DNA of 64,000 nt. Origin: an uncultured Phycisphaerales bacterium (GTDB lineage Bacteria > Planctomycetota > Phycisphaerae > Tepidisphaerales > Tepidisphaeraceae). The DNA lies in contig CAWJPJ010000007.1 in the NCBI GenBank assembly GCA_963844715.1, positions 32,001 through 96,000 of the forward strand. The letters are read 5' to 3'. How positions within the stretch are numbered: position 1 is the stretch's first letter; every line of letters begins with the position of its first letter. Shown here piece after piece: positions 29,420 through 40,686 of this stretch. The translations under genes and the position numbers were made by a program. The notes under the pieces were generated by a model, which worked only from the letters and a program-made list of their open reading frames with translations, did no database searches and was not told the DNA's origin.

Positions 29420-29883
29420 TCAAGGCGTTGTGTTGTGAGGGGCGGCGGTTACGGATTCGCGGGCCGATTTGAGCGTTGACGCCGCCGCCACGGCGGCCAA
29501 AAGAACGAGAAGATTAATCGCCAGCCATTTACGATGGGTTTTGCGGGGTCCGGCCGGCCAGAAGGTAAATCGCTATCGACATTGCGGTCAGCCCGAGCAG
29601 GACATGCACGCCCCAGAGGGGATGGAGCAGGGGCGGATCGAGATTATATTTTCCCCAGGCGGCCGCACTGTTGTAGGCGCCGCTGAGAAGCAGGAAGAGG
29701 ATCATGGTATGCATGACCATCTTGAACCGGCGGCGGATTTTCAGCAGCGCGGTCCTGCGCCTGTTCGGCGGGCAATATTTTTAAGCCGGCGGGGAGGACG
29801 ACGTAGATGAAAAAAACGCTGCCTAGAGTGATGCATGCCGAAACGACGTGAACCCAACGCGATAGAATGGTCAGCCAGGGCAT
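29420..29883 (-). CDS. Four-TM membrane protein with TM histidines (frameshifted; end approximate)
   Basis: SRWVHVVSACITLGSVFF, LLLSGAYN, HPLWGVHVLLGL across ORFs 29644..29910 and 29529..29720. Confidence 0.65.
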
Positions 29884-29991
29884 GATTTTTGCGCATAATC
29901 TGTATCCCAAATCGGGACCTTAGTCCAAAAAACGGTTTTTTGCCCCCGGACGGTCGGACAGCTAAATTGTTGCTCTTTCACCGGTAAACGT

Positions 29992-30753
29992 ATGGTTCGA
30001 GCCATTTTATTCGATCTCGGCGACACGCTGCTGGATTTTGAGAAGATGGACAATGATCGCATTTCCCGCGAAGGGGCGTCGGCGGCGTATGAGTTGCTTC
30101 GCGGGGCGGGATGCAAGCTGCCGTCGGTGGATCGATACCGGCGGGCAAATGTCGCGTCGATCCGCTGGGCGCTGATCCGGTCGAAACTCAATGGCAGGGA
30201 GTTCAACGGGCAGCCGATCATGTGGGGGCACGCACTGCGCCTGGGGGCGCCGAACAACGAAGAATTTATGCGTGAGCTATCGTGGCTTTGGTACAAGCCG
30301 GTGGTGCCGCACAGCAGCATTGAGCCGGACTTGATCGAGACGCTGATCAAAATCCGGGACGCGGGGATCAAAATTGGCATCGTTTCCAACACGTTCATAC
30401 CGGGAGCGCTTCTGGATCGGCATTTGGAGATGATGGGATTGCTGGAGCATTTGCCGGTGCGGATTTATTCCAGTGAGGTCGGATTCCGCAAGCCGCATCC
30501 GGTGATTTTTTACCGCGCGCTGGCGGCAATTCAGACGAAGCCTCGGGACACTCTTTTTGTCGGGGACGTCGTCAAGAACGACATCGTGGGGGCGGCGCGG
30601 CTGGGGATGCGGACGGCACTGAAGCTGAAGAATGGGAACGGGCACCTCCAATCGCCGGCGGATTACGAGATTCGGAAGATCTCCGACCTGGTGCCGATCT
30701 TGTTCGCTAAATCAACTGATCCAGACCCGAAAAGCCAAGAACCTCGTGGGTGA
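29992..30753 (+). CDS. HAD-superfamily hydrolase
   Basis: FDLGDTL, IVSN, RKPHP, FVGDVVKNDIVGA. Confidence 0.9.
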   Translation: MVRAILFDLGDTLLDFEKMDNDRISREGASAAYELLRGAGCKLPSVDRYRRANVASIRWALIRSKLNGREFNGQPIMWGHALRLGAPNNEEFMRELSWLWYKPVVPHSSIEPDLIETLIKIRDAGIKIGIVSNTFIPGALLDRHLEMMGLLEHLPVRIYSSEVGFRKPHPVIFYRALAAIQTKPRDTLFVGDVVKNDIVGAARLGMRTALKLKNGNGHLQSPADYEIRKISDLVPILFAKSTDPDPKSQEPRG

Positions 30754-31381
30754 AGAAGGGCTCCGCGTAGGGCGTGCCGATGCGGCCGCCGAAATACCCG
30801 CAGAGGGTTCGGACCATTTCCGGGACGGGATTGTCGTTCCAGCCGAATTGAGATGCGTAGGCGGCGACGGCCTTCATTTTTATGTCCATCTGCGCGCTGA
30901 CGTCCAGGCAGAAGGTGGGCTGAATGGAGAGGCGCAGGTGGGTGCAAAAGTAATAGATGATTCGCTTGGGATACCAGGGCTCGCCGGGGATGGAGCTGCG
31001 CGTGAGCTTGGCGTCGAAGCGGGCGTCTTCGCCGATTTTTGTCACGGCGACGTGGTCCGGATGAGCGTCCAGCGGATAGGGGAGAAATAAGATTTCCGGC
31101 TTGTGGATGCGGATGACGGCGGCGAGTTTATGGCGGCTGGGGATGTCGTGGACCACCTGCCGGTTGACCAGGCCAAGCTGAGTCCGCTCGACGCCGAGGA
31201 TTTTCGCGGCGGCGGCGGATTCGGCGGCGCGGGTTTCGGGGGAGCCGCGCGGGGTGGGCTCGCCATCGGTCATATCGACGATGTGAACGCGGTGGCCTTG
31301 TTCGACGAAGCGGGCGATGGAGCCGCCCATGCCGAGTTCCTGGTCGTCCGGATGGGGGCCGATGACCAACAGGGATGCCAT
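30707..31381 (-). CDS. bshB1: PIG-L/LmbE-family deacetylase, BshB1-like
   Basis: GPHPDDQELGMGG, TDGEPTPRG, DAHPDH, AYASQF, YAEPF. Confidence 0.75.
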   Translation of the reverse strand: MASLLVIGPHPDDQELGMGGSIARFVEQGHRVHIVDMTDGEPTPRGSPETRAAESAAAAKILGVERTQLGLVNRQVVHDIPSRHKLAAVIRIHKPEILFLPYPLDAHPDHVAVTKIGEDARFDAKLTRSSIPGEPWYPKRIIYYFCTHLRLSIQPTFCLDVSAQMDIKMKAVAAYASQFGWNDNPVPEMVRTLCGYFGGRIGTPYAEPFFTHEVLGFSGLDQLI

Positions 31382-31426
31382 GGGGGACATTGTAGCGAAG
31401 GTTGTGATTCGGTGCCCGGCGGCTCT

Positions 31427-32598
31427 CTAAACTTGCTGAGCCGGATTTTCCGCCGCGATTTCCGCGTACAACTTTTCCAGGGCATCGACCATCACGGGTG
31501 CATCGAACCGCCCCAGGGCAAACTCGCGCCGGCGCGGCCCATCGTGCGGCGCAATTCGGGGTCGCCGGCCAATTTGGAAATCGAATCCTGCAGCTTTTCC
31601 TTCTGGAATGGCGGGAGAATGAATCCGGTGATGTTGTCGCGCAGGCCTTCGGCGTTGCCGTCGATGTCGTAGGCGATGACGGGTTTTTGGGCGAGTTGGC
31701 CTTGCGGGAGGGAGCGGGCGAGGCCTTCGCGGCGCGAGGGATGAACCAGGATGTCCATCGCGCCGGTTAGTTCGGGAACGCGGGTGGGGGGAACCATTCC
31801 GGTCAGAATGAAACGGTCGCGGAGCTTCATTTGGCGCATGCGATCTTCAAATTTCCCACGAAGCGTTCCGTCGCCGACCCAGAGGAATTTTAGATTTGGA
31901 AACTGTGCGCATAATTTAGGCGCGATGTCCAACAGGTCGTCGTGGCCCTTGAGATCGAAGAGGCGGGCGATAGTACCGACGACCAGATCGGATGGGGCCA
32001 CGCCGAGTTCGCGGCGGACCTCGTCGCGGGGGACGGGCGGATTGAGGAAGGGGGCGGTCTCCATGCCGCTGTAAATGGTGACGTATTGTTCACGGCGGCC
32101 GATGCCGGCGGCGAGGGATTGATCGCGCATGGCGTCGGCAACGCAGACGATCCGGGCGGTGAGGGGCGCGGCTTGTTTTTCCAGACGCTTATACGCCCAG
32201 TTAATCCATGGACTGACGGAAGCCGTGAACGCCAAGCCGTGAATTGTATGGACGACGGCGGTCAATCCGGCGCGGCGGGCAGCCCGGCGGCCCAGGATGC
32301 CCGCCTTGCTGGAATGCGTGTGCACGATGTCGGGGCGGAGTTCTCCGAGCAACCGGGTGAGACGCTGAAGAACGCGGATATCGCGCCATGGGTTGATGGC
32401 GCGGCGCATGTCGTTGATGACCACAATCCGAAAACCGGCCGCCGACGCGCGGTCCATGAGAGAGCCTTCCGGACCCAGGGCAGGACCGGTAATGAGTGTG
32501 ACGTCGTATCCGCGGGCGCGCTGGCCGGCGCAGGAAAGAAGGGTATTTTCCTGCGCGCCTCCGATAATCAGGCGGGTGATGATGTGAACAATTTTCAT
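31427..32598 (-). CDS. GT4-family glycosyltransferase (frameshift near 31530)
   Basis: HIITRLIIGGAQENT, HTHSSKAGILGR, KGH, HPSRREGLARSLPQ. Confidence 0.92.
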
Positions 32599-32841
32599 GG
32601 ACGCCGGGGCGAATTTTACGGGGATTAGGGGCCTCATGATAGCCGCGCCGGCACGTCCGAATTGCGCGGGGCGGGGGCGATTTTTAATCCCCGCCAAAAT
32701 GCGCTCAAGCCCGGAAAATCAGGCGTTTTTCCCTTGTCGTTAAGGCACTTACATCGGTAGCCGACATCGTAATAGCGGTCCACTCCGAAGTCCGGGAAGG
32801 CCGCAAGCTGGACGGCGTTGCGCCAGGGAGATTTGCGCTGA

Positions 32842-35800
32842 ATGACTCGCACCTCGGAAGACACGAAAACGAAGATCAAACCGTCCGCGCCCGTGGCGGG
32901 TCGAACGGAGCCGCAGCCGCGGCGCGCGACCATCGGAGTGCTGCTGACACTGGGGATGGCGGCGCTGGTGGGGGCGGCGGCGTGGAGCGACTGGGTGAGC
33001 GATTTGTCGGCGATGCGCCACAGTGAACAAATGCGCGTCTCGGCAATCGCGGAGACGGTTGCCGCGGGGATCAACGGGGACAACCTCATCGATATCTGGA
33101 ACGAGAACCCGGACAAAAATGAACTGACCGAGTGGAGCCCGACTTCGATGCAGTCGCGGCATATTCTGGGGACGCTGACGGAAGCGCGGCAGGCGAACGG
33201 GTTGCCGGCGCAGATTTCGCTGCTGAGACCGCCGCCGAATTATGTGCCGGGGAAGTCCCCTGCTCCTTTGCCGGCCGCGGCGGGAAATGGATCGGGTTGG
33301 TTGTGGGGTTGTGCCTCGGTGCGCGATTCGAATCTGAATGTGACGGCGATCGTGGCGGTGGGCGGAACGGTGGATGCGCGGATGCTCGACGTCCGCGGGC
33401 AATTCGTTCAGCAGGCGGGCGCCCTGGGGCTGTGCTTCATCACCGCCGAGGTGATGATCGTCCTGCTGATGGGGAGCAAGAACCGCAGCGAGCGTGAATT
33501 GCGAAAGCTGGCCCTGGTCGCCAGCCGGACCGACAACGCGGTCATCATCACCGACGCCGAGGGGTTGATCGAGTGGGTGAACGAGGGATTCACGCGGATC
33601 ACGGGATATTCACAGCGCGAGGCGATCGGCCGCAAGCCGGGGTCGTTCCTCCAGGGCGCGGCGACCGATCCGGCGACGGTGCAGCATATTCGGTATCAAC
33701 TGAGCCTGCACCGCGGATTCACGGCGGAACTGGTCAACTACGCGAAGGACGGGCGGGCGTACTGGGTATCGATCGACGTGCAGCCGATTTACGATCGCCG
33801 CGGGCGGGTGACGAATTTCATTGCCATCGAGCGCGATGTGTCGCAACAGAAGGCGACCGAGCAGGCGCTTCGGGAAAGCGAAATGCGGGTGCGCCTGGTG
33901 ATGGACAACGCACCGGGGGCCGTGATCACAGCGAATTCGATCGGACGGATCGTGGACTGGAACGCACAGGCGACGGAGCTTTTTGGATTCACGGCGGAGG
34001 AGGCGATCGGCCGGCCGGCGGACCGGATGATCTTGCCGGGGCGGATGTGGGAGAGCAGCGAGGATAAATTGCTTCGGCTGCTGCAAGTCGGACCGGATAT
34101 GCCGCAGAGACGGCGCCTTGAGACCGACGCGGCGCGCCGGGACAACCGGGAATTTCCGGCGGAAGTTTCGATCTCGCCCCTGCATGGGGCGGGGCGAGCC
34201 GCGTTTAGCATCTTCGTACAGGACATCAGCGAGCGGCGGCGGACCGACCAGCGCCGCGAAGTGCAGTATGCGGTGACGCGTCTGCTGGCGGAAAGCAGCA
34301 CCATTGACCACGCCCTTTCGGAGATTCTCTCCTCTGTATGCCAGATCATGCACTGGAAGGCGGGATCCGCCTGGATGGTCGAAGGGGACGGACGGTCGCT
34401 GCGCTGCCGGCACTTCTGGCAGGACAAGGATTCGGACACCGCGCGGCTCGAGGAGGCGTGCCGCGAACTAACCGTCACGCGCGGGCAGGTATTGCCCGGA
34501 AAGGTCTGGGACACCGGCAGCGGGCAATGGATCGAGCAAATCTCCGCCACCCCGGCCCTGCTTCGTCAATCGGCAATGCTCACCGCACGGATGCAATCGG
34601 CGTTGGCATTCCCGATCAAGTTTGGCGGGGAAGTGGCCGGCGTGCTGGAGTTCTACAGTAATTTCCCCTGTCCCGAGGATCGAAGCCTTCTGGAACTTCT
34701 GGAAACCCTCGGCAGCCAGATTGGGCAATTTTTGGAAAGACAGCGGGCACAGGCGGAGTTGTCAGCCGCGAAAGAGACGGCGGATGCCGCTAATCGTTCC
34801 AAGAGCGAATTCCTGGCGAACATGAGCCATGAGATTCGCACGCCGCTGAACGGAATCATCGGGATGACCAATCTACTGCTGCGCTCGACCCTGACGGCGC
34901 AGCAGCGGAGGTATGCATCGATTGTCAATTCTTCGGGCGAAGCGCTGCTGGGGCTGGTGCGGCAGATTCTGGATTTTTCGAAAGTGGAAGCGGGAAAACT
35001 GGAATTGGAATCGATTCAATTTTCGCTGCGGCAAGTCGTCGAGGATGTCGTCGAGATGCTGGCGCAAAAGGCGGCGCAGAAAGGCCTCGAATTGGCCTGC
35101 CAGGTGGAAGAAGGGCTGCCACGGGTTCTGATGGGCGATCCGGAGCGGCTCAGGCAGATTCTGGTGAATCTCGTGTCCAACGCGATCAAATTCACCGAGC
35201 GGGGGGACGTCCTGGTCCGGGCGGGATTGGAAAAGCGGCGCGACGATGGACGCCTGGTTGTGCGATTCTCCGTGCGCGACACGGGAATCGGCATTCCCGC
35301 GGAACGGCTGGACCGATTGTTCAAAATGTTCTCCCAGGTCGATGCCTCGACCACGCGAAAATACGGCGGGACTGGCCTGGGGCTGGCCATTTCCAAACAG
35401 TTGGCGGAATTGATGGACGGGCAGATCGGGGTGACCAGTTCGGTTGGAGCGGGTTCGACGTTCTGGTTCACCGCCGCGCTGACCGAGGGCCGCGAGACCG
35501 GCGGCGAAGCCAGTTTGCAGGCCCACGCCTCCAAGAATTTGCGCGGGTTGCGAGTCCTGGCGGTTGACGACAACAGCACGCATCGCGAATTGCTTCGCGA
35601 GCAATTGCTGGGCTGGGGCGTGCAATCGGTGGCGGCGGCGGGGGACGGAGACGAAGCGCTGGCGCTGATGCGCAAGCAAGAAGAGACGGGCGAGCCGTTC
35701 CATGTCGCCCTGCTCGATCTGGTGATGCCGAAGATGACCGGCTTGCAACTGGCCAGGGAAATCCGGTCGGATGACAAACTCGGGGAAACAGCGCTGATCA

Positions 35801-36814
35801 TGCTGACTTCGATGGACATCAGCATGGACCCGGCGGAGGTCGCCCGCGCGGGATTCGTGCGGCAATTGACCAAGCCGATCAGGCAGTCGCAGCTTTTTGA
35901 CGCGGTGATCGAATCGGCGGCGGGAATTCCCGCGGCGGAATCGGCTCGCGAGCCGGTTGCGGATGCGACCCAGGCGCCGCGCCGGCGCAGTACCGAATCG
36001 GCGCGCCCACATCCTGCTGGCCGAGGACAATGAAGTGAACCAACTTGTGGCGCAGGAAATTTTGACGGGGGCGGGGCATACGGTGGAAGTCGTCTGCAAC
36101 GGCAAATTGGCGGTGGAAACACTTCTGCGGCGGAAATTCGACCTGGTGTTGATGGATTGCCAGATGCCGGAGATGGATGGATTCGACGCCGTGGCGCTGA
36201 TTCGCAAGCACGAGTCGGAGGGGCGCCTGTCCGCGGGCGGGCGGCCGCTGCCGCTGATTGCGCTGACCGCGAACGCCGTTAAAGGGGATCGCGAGCGCTG
36301 CCTGGAGGCGGGGATGACAGGGTATGTGAGCAAGCCGGTGAAGGAGGAAGAGTTGCTCGGCGCAGTGGACGAGGCGCTGAACGGCCGCGCGGCGGAGACA
36401 GCGCCCGCGCCAAAGCCGAAAGCGCGTTCGCACGAGCACAACGGCGATCGCCCGATCGATATTGAAGATCTGCTGCGGCGGTGCCGCGGTAAAACTTCTT
36501 TGGCGCAAACGCTGCTGGGAAAATTTGAGGGCCAGCTTCGGAGTATGTTGTCGCAGGCAGTGCTGTTGCTCGGTGAGCATGACGCCCCGGCCCTGGCCAA
36601 ACTGGCACATAACGTAAAGGGAACGGCGGCGAATCTTTCGGCGGAGAAATTGCGCCAGTCGGCGGCGGAACTGGAGAAACTGGGCGTGGCCGGCGACGCC
36701 GACGCGCTGCCGGCGGCGCTGGAGGCGTTGGAGGCGCAGGCGCAGGAAATCATCGAATTTTTGCCCGAGGCGACGGCTGAAGTGTCCGCCGCCGGAAAGA
36801 GTGCCAAGGGGTAA
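32842..36814 (+). CDS. Hybrid sensor histidine kinase (PAS-PAS-GAF-HisKA-HATPase-REC-REC-Hpt; frameshift near 36000)
   Basis: [32 protein letters not shown], two receiver domains (LLDLVMP; LMDCQMP), Hpt [10 protein letters not shown]. Confidence 0.93.
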
Positions 36815-36817
36815 GCC

Positions 36818-37839
36818 ATGAAGATTTTGATTGTCGACGACGATGCGATCGCGCTGGAACTTCTGAAGGACCTTCTGGTCGACGGGGGACACGAGGTGAG
36901 CTGCGCGAGCGATGGGCGCGAAGCGCTGGAGATTCTCAGCCGCTCGCCGTATCGCGTGATCATCACGGACTGGGAGATGCCGGAGATGGGCGGCGTGGAA
37001 CTGTGCGAGTCCGTGCGCGGAGCGCCGTCGAGTACGAGGGGTACATCTATATCATTCTGCTCACCGCCCACGGGAGCATGTCGGAGCGGGTGGCGGGGCT
37101 TTCGGCGGGAGCGGACGATTTCATCAGCAAGCCCTTCGAGCCGGCGGAACTGCTCGCGCGCGTGCAGGCGGCGGAAAGAATCCTCTCCATGGAGACGCGC
37201 GACGTGGCGATCTTCGCGATGGCAAAGCTGGCCGAGTCGCGCGATCCGGAAACGGGAAGCCATCTCGAGCGGGTGATGAATTATTCGAGAATTCTGGCCA
37301 AGCAGCTTCCGGCGATCGGGCGATTGACGGATCAGATCGATGGCGATTTCGTTCGCGCCATCTACGCGACCAGCCCGCTGCACGACATCGGGAAGGTCGG
37401 GATACCGGATTGCGTGCTGCTGAAGCCGGGCCGGTTGAGCGACCGGGAATTTGAGATCATGAAGACGCACACGACAATCGGCGCAAAGACGCTGGACGCG
37501 GCCGTGCAGCGATTCCCCGGCACACGATTTTTGGAAATGGCGCGGAACATCGCAGCGTCGCATCACGAACATTGGGACGGGACGGGGTATCCAACCGGCT
37601 TGCGCGGGTCGGATATTCCGCTGGCGGGGAGAATCGTCGCGGTGGCGGATGTGTATGACGCGATGACGAGCAAGCGCGTGTACAAGGAGGCCTTCGGCCA
37701 CGACATCGCGCGATCGCTGATCATCAAGGAGGCGGGGACGCATCTCGATCCGGATGTGGTGGACGCGTTCATGGCGGCGGAGCAGGCTTTGCTGGCCATT
37801 CGTGAGCGGTTCACCGAATCGCACGCGGCTGCGGCGTGA
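36818..37839 (+). CDS. REC plus HD-GYP response regulator, c-di-GMP phosphodiesterase-type (frameshift near 37025)
   Basis: [46 protein letters not shown]. Confidence 0.92.
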
Positions 37840-37964
37840 TGCGGGAATTTGATGGGATTGGGTGAGATGCCGGGCGCAATCGAATCGACGTCCGCGGGGA
37901 AAAACAGATTTCCCGTTTTGAATCACCTTCAACAGAATAACTCGGCCGGCGCGATCCCTGCGAT

Positions 37965-38555
37965 TCAGCCGTTTCTAGTCCAAAGGACCGCCGCCAAGAT
38001 CAAATTGGTTAACCCCAAGGGATGAACGAACAAAAGATGAAACAAATTGGGGCGCGGATTGTCGCCGCGTGGGAGTAGAACTTGTATGGTCCCGGCGTAC
38101 ATTTCTGAATAGAGTTGCCTGGTCTTTTCACTGGCGCCTCGGAAGTACGGAATCCACCAAGACGTGATGGCCCCGAATACGGTCACGGCACAGTAGATGA
38201 GCCAATAGGTCAACACGAACGCGGGCTTATGCGGTTGGTTCCAATAGTAGATTGCATACGCGGCAGCGAGCCCGGGGAATAATCCGTTGATGAACGTCGC
38301 GATTAACACCCTGGTCGGCCCCAGCGTCGCTCGGACCTGGCGGCCATGAGTCCAACCGGGGATGTCTACCCAATCGTGCAGGGAGTTCACCAAAAACTGA
38401 AGTACGATGAGAATTGAAAAGATGGTTTCGAGCATATTGCTGGGCTCCGGTAATCCGGATCGATCATCGGGTGAAAGCTGAAAGGTCGGCAGCCCGGACG
38501 CCGCCGGCAAAATCGCCGCCAATTGCAGCAACCATCGCACAATTCTGACACTCAT
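37965..38555 (-). CDS. Hypothetical membrane protein
   Basis: Several TM helices, LHDWVDI and RPNLFH motifs; ATGA overlap with the PadR gene. Confidence 0.7.
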   Translation of the reverse strand: MSVRIVRWLLQLAAILPAASGLPTFQLSPDDRSGLPEPSNMLETIFSILIVLQFLVNSLHDWVDIPGWTHGRQVRATLGPTRVLIATFINGLFPGLAAAYAIYYWNQPHKPAFVLTYWLIYCAVTVFGAITSWWIPYFRGASEKTRQLYSEMYAGTIQVLLPRGDNPRPNLFHLLFVHPLGLTNLILAAVLWTRNG

Positions 38556-39109
38556 TTGCCGCTCTGCATCTGGCGCAACGTCGCCAGTGATTCATCGGCC
38601 CATTCGACGAAGGCTTTGGACATGGCAACGCCGCCGCGAAGGGTGATGATTTGAAAAGGCGTATAGCTCTCGTTTTGGGCTTTAAGCATGTTCAACCAGC
38701 CGGCGTATTGATCGGCGATTGCTTTGGCGGCGTTCCGGCGCACTTCCAGATGACGAATCAAGACGGGAATTCGGGTCTTGCTGCCGAAGAAAAGTTTCAA
38801 GATGAGTTCTTCGCGTCGGGGTCCCTCGGCGGGCGGAATTTCCAGCCACGCCGCCAGCCGCTTCTCGCCTTTGGCGGTCAGGGTGTAGAGAACCTTTTTT
38901 CGGCCTTTCTCGCTCGTCGACTTTGCCTGAATCCATTTTTCGGCGGCGAGTTTTTTGAGCACCGGGTAGATCTGCCCGAAACTCTCGGCCCAGAAGTGGG
39001 AGATGGTTCCGTCGATAATCTGCTTGATGTCGTACCCGGAGAGGGCCTTGGGTTCGAGAATGCCGAGGATACCCAGGATGACGAAGTGAGTGCGGGATTC
39101 GCGTTGCAT
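38552..39109 (-). CDS. PadR-family transcriptional regulator
   Basis: SGYDIK, FWAESFGQIYPVL, YTLTAKG, EELILKLFF C-terminal domain. Confidence 0.92.
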   Translation of the reverse strand: MQRESRTHFVILGILGILEPKALSGYDIKQIIDGTISHFWAESFGQIYPVLKKLAAEKWIQAKSTSEKGRKKVLYTLTAKGEKRLAAWLEIPPAEGPRREELILKLFFGSKTRIPVLIRHLEVRRNAAKAIADQYAGWLNMLKAQNESYTPFQIITLRGGVAMSKAFVEWADESLATLRQMQSGK

Positions 39110-39144
39110 ATATCTATTAGACATATCTAACAGATATATGTCAA
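39107..39144 (-). promoter_or_regulatory. PadR gene promoter with overlapping palindromic operator
   Basis: TTGACA-17 nt-TCTAAT-6 nt-ATG; 15-bp arms catatatctattaga/tctaacagatatatg (1 mismatch, 4-bp spacer). Confidence 0.8.
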
Positions 39145-39174
39145 GACCCCCCCGCCCGTCAGGGGCACGGGGCG

Positions 39175-40176
39175 TCAAATCAGCTTTTCGGCGATTTGCA
39201 CGGCATTTGTGGCGGCGCCTTTGCGGACCTGGTCGCCGCTGACGAAGAGGTCGATTCCGCGGCCGTCGTCGCGGCTAATGTCCTGGCGGATTCTTCCGAC
39301 TAAAACATTGTCCTGGCCGCTGGCTTCGAGGGGCATGGGGAAATGATTTTTTTCCGGATCGTCGACGATTCTCACGCCGGGGGCTTTGGCGAGAATTTCC
39401 CGTACTTGCTGGGGAGTAATGGGGCGCTCGAATTCGAGATTGATAGCTTCGCTGTGAGCGCGCGGGATGGGGACGCGGACGCAGGTGGCGGTGATCATCA
39501 TTTTTGATTCGCCGAAGATTTTTCGGGTTTCGTTGACCATTTTGTTCTCTTCCTCGTTGTAGCCGTTGGCGGCGACTTTGCTGTTGTGGCTGAAGAGGTT
39601 GTGAACAATTTGGTGCGGGAAGAGAGTGCGCTCGATGTTCTTTCCTTCGGCGTAGGCGCGGATCTGCTGCTCAAGTTCGTGCATGCCGGCGGCGCCGGCG
39701 CCGCTGACGGCTTGATAGGTGCTGACAATGATGCGGCGGACGCGATTGGCTTTGTGAAGGGGCCAGACCGGCACGTTCATGATGATCGTGCTGCAATTGG
39801 GATTGGCGATCAGGCCGTTGTGCTTTTGAATCTGGTCGGGATTCACCTCGGGGACGACGAGGGGGACGCCGTCTTTCATTCGGAAGGCGGAGGTGTTGTC
39901 GACGACAATGGCGCCGGCTTCGACGGCGGCGGGGGCGAATTCCTTGCTGATCGAGCCGCCGGCGGAGAAGAAGGCGATGCGGACGCCGGCGAAGCTGTCT
40001 TTGGTCAGGGTTTCGACGGTGTGGGTCTTGCCCGCGAAGTTAATCTGTTTGCCCGCGCTGCGGGAGCTGGCCAGGAGACGCAGGGACTTGATGGGGAAAC
40101 GCCGTTCGGCGAGGACGGCGAGGAACTCCTGGCCGACGGCGCCGGTGGCTCCCACGATGGCAACATTGACTGACAT
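39175..40176 (-). CDS. asd: Aspartate-semialdehyde dehydrogenase
   Basis: GATGAVG, DNTSAFR, IANPNCST, STYQAVSGAG, TCVRVP, DQVRKGAATN. Confidence 0.97.
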   Translation of the reverse strand: MSVNVAIVGATGAVGQEFLAVLAERRFPIKSLRLLASSRSAGKQINFAGKTHTVETLTKDSFAGVRIAFFSAGGSISKEFAPAAVEAGAIVVDNTSAFRMKDGVPLVVPEVNPDQIQKHNGLIANPNCSTIIMNVPVWPLHKANRVRRIIVSTYQAVSGAGAAGMHELEQQIRAYAEGKNIERTLFPHQIVHNLFSHNSKVAANGYNEEENKMVNETRKIFGESKMMITATCVRVPIPRAHSEAINLEFERPITPQQVREILAKAPGVRIVDDPEKNHFPMPLEASGQDNVLVGRIRQDISRDDGRGIDLFVSGDQVRKGAATNAVQIAEKLI

Positions 40177-40213
40177 GCTCTAACTCCGCGATTTACAGGT
40201 AGTTGAGTGCTAG

Positions 40214-40488
40214 GGCCTGCCTGATGAATTATCCGGGCCGCGACGCCGGGAATTTCGGCCCCTGACAAGGCGCGACGGCGAGGCGACTCAAATAGGTCGA
40301 GTCGCTGAGGAGGAGCAACGCAGTATGGGGCCGAAATGCCCGGCGTCCCTCCGGGTTGGCCCGGAAATGGCCCATCTGCGGCGTTGTCGCGACTCAACGA
40401 CTCGCTTCACATGAGTCGCTTCGCCGCTCCGCCTAGCATCTGGGCCATTTCCGGGCCAACGCAGCCCGGATAATTCATCAGGCAGGCC
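40214..40488. mobile_element. 275-bp non-autonomous MITE with IS5-like ends
   Basis: 25-bp perfect inverted repeats GGCCTGCCTGATGAATTATCCGGGC; CTAG on the left flank; no transposase; long internal hairpins. Confidence 0.85.
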
Positions 40489-40686
40489 GTGGATTGCCGC
40501 TGGGGCGATGAAGGACTCTGGGGGAGATTATACCTTGTGGATGGGGGAAGTCTTGTGAGAGATTGACTCGGCAAATGCGGACAAAAGTTGGCGCTTTTGC
40601 GTCTGGTGGGAGGTTGGGAAGATGAGGTGGGTTGGGGGATTGGGTGGTATTTGCATGATTCAGGCGCACTTGAAGGGAGCCAAAAT

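Noticed and set aside
30707..32598. Complete bacillithiol operon (GT4 as BshA)
   Set aside because: The GT4 lacks a BshA-like N terminus and no bshC is present; only the deacetylase is BshB1-like
32700..32841. c-di-GMP riboswitch upstream of the kinase/HD-GYP operon
   Set aside because: No GGCAAAC...GAAA...GACGCAAAG-type consensus found
34873..37932. 1019-aa minus-strand ORF and similar long shadows (21712..23289, 25393..26682)
   Set aside because: Antisense to well-supported genes; expected in high-GC DNA; no motifs
40177..40490. Lysine riboswitch upstream of asd
   Set aside because: No recognisable L-box consensus; the structure is bounded by IS5-like inverted repeats
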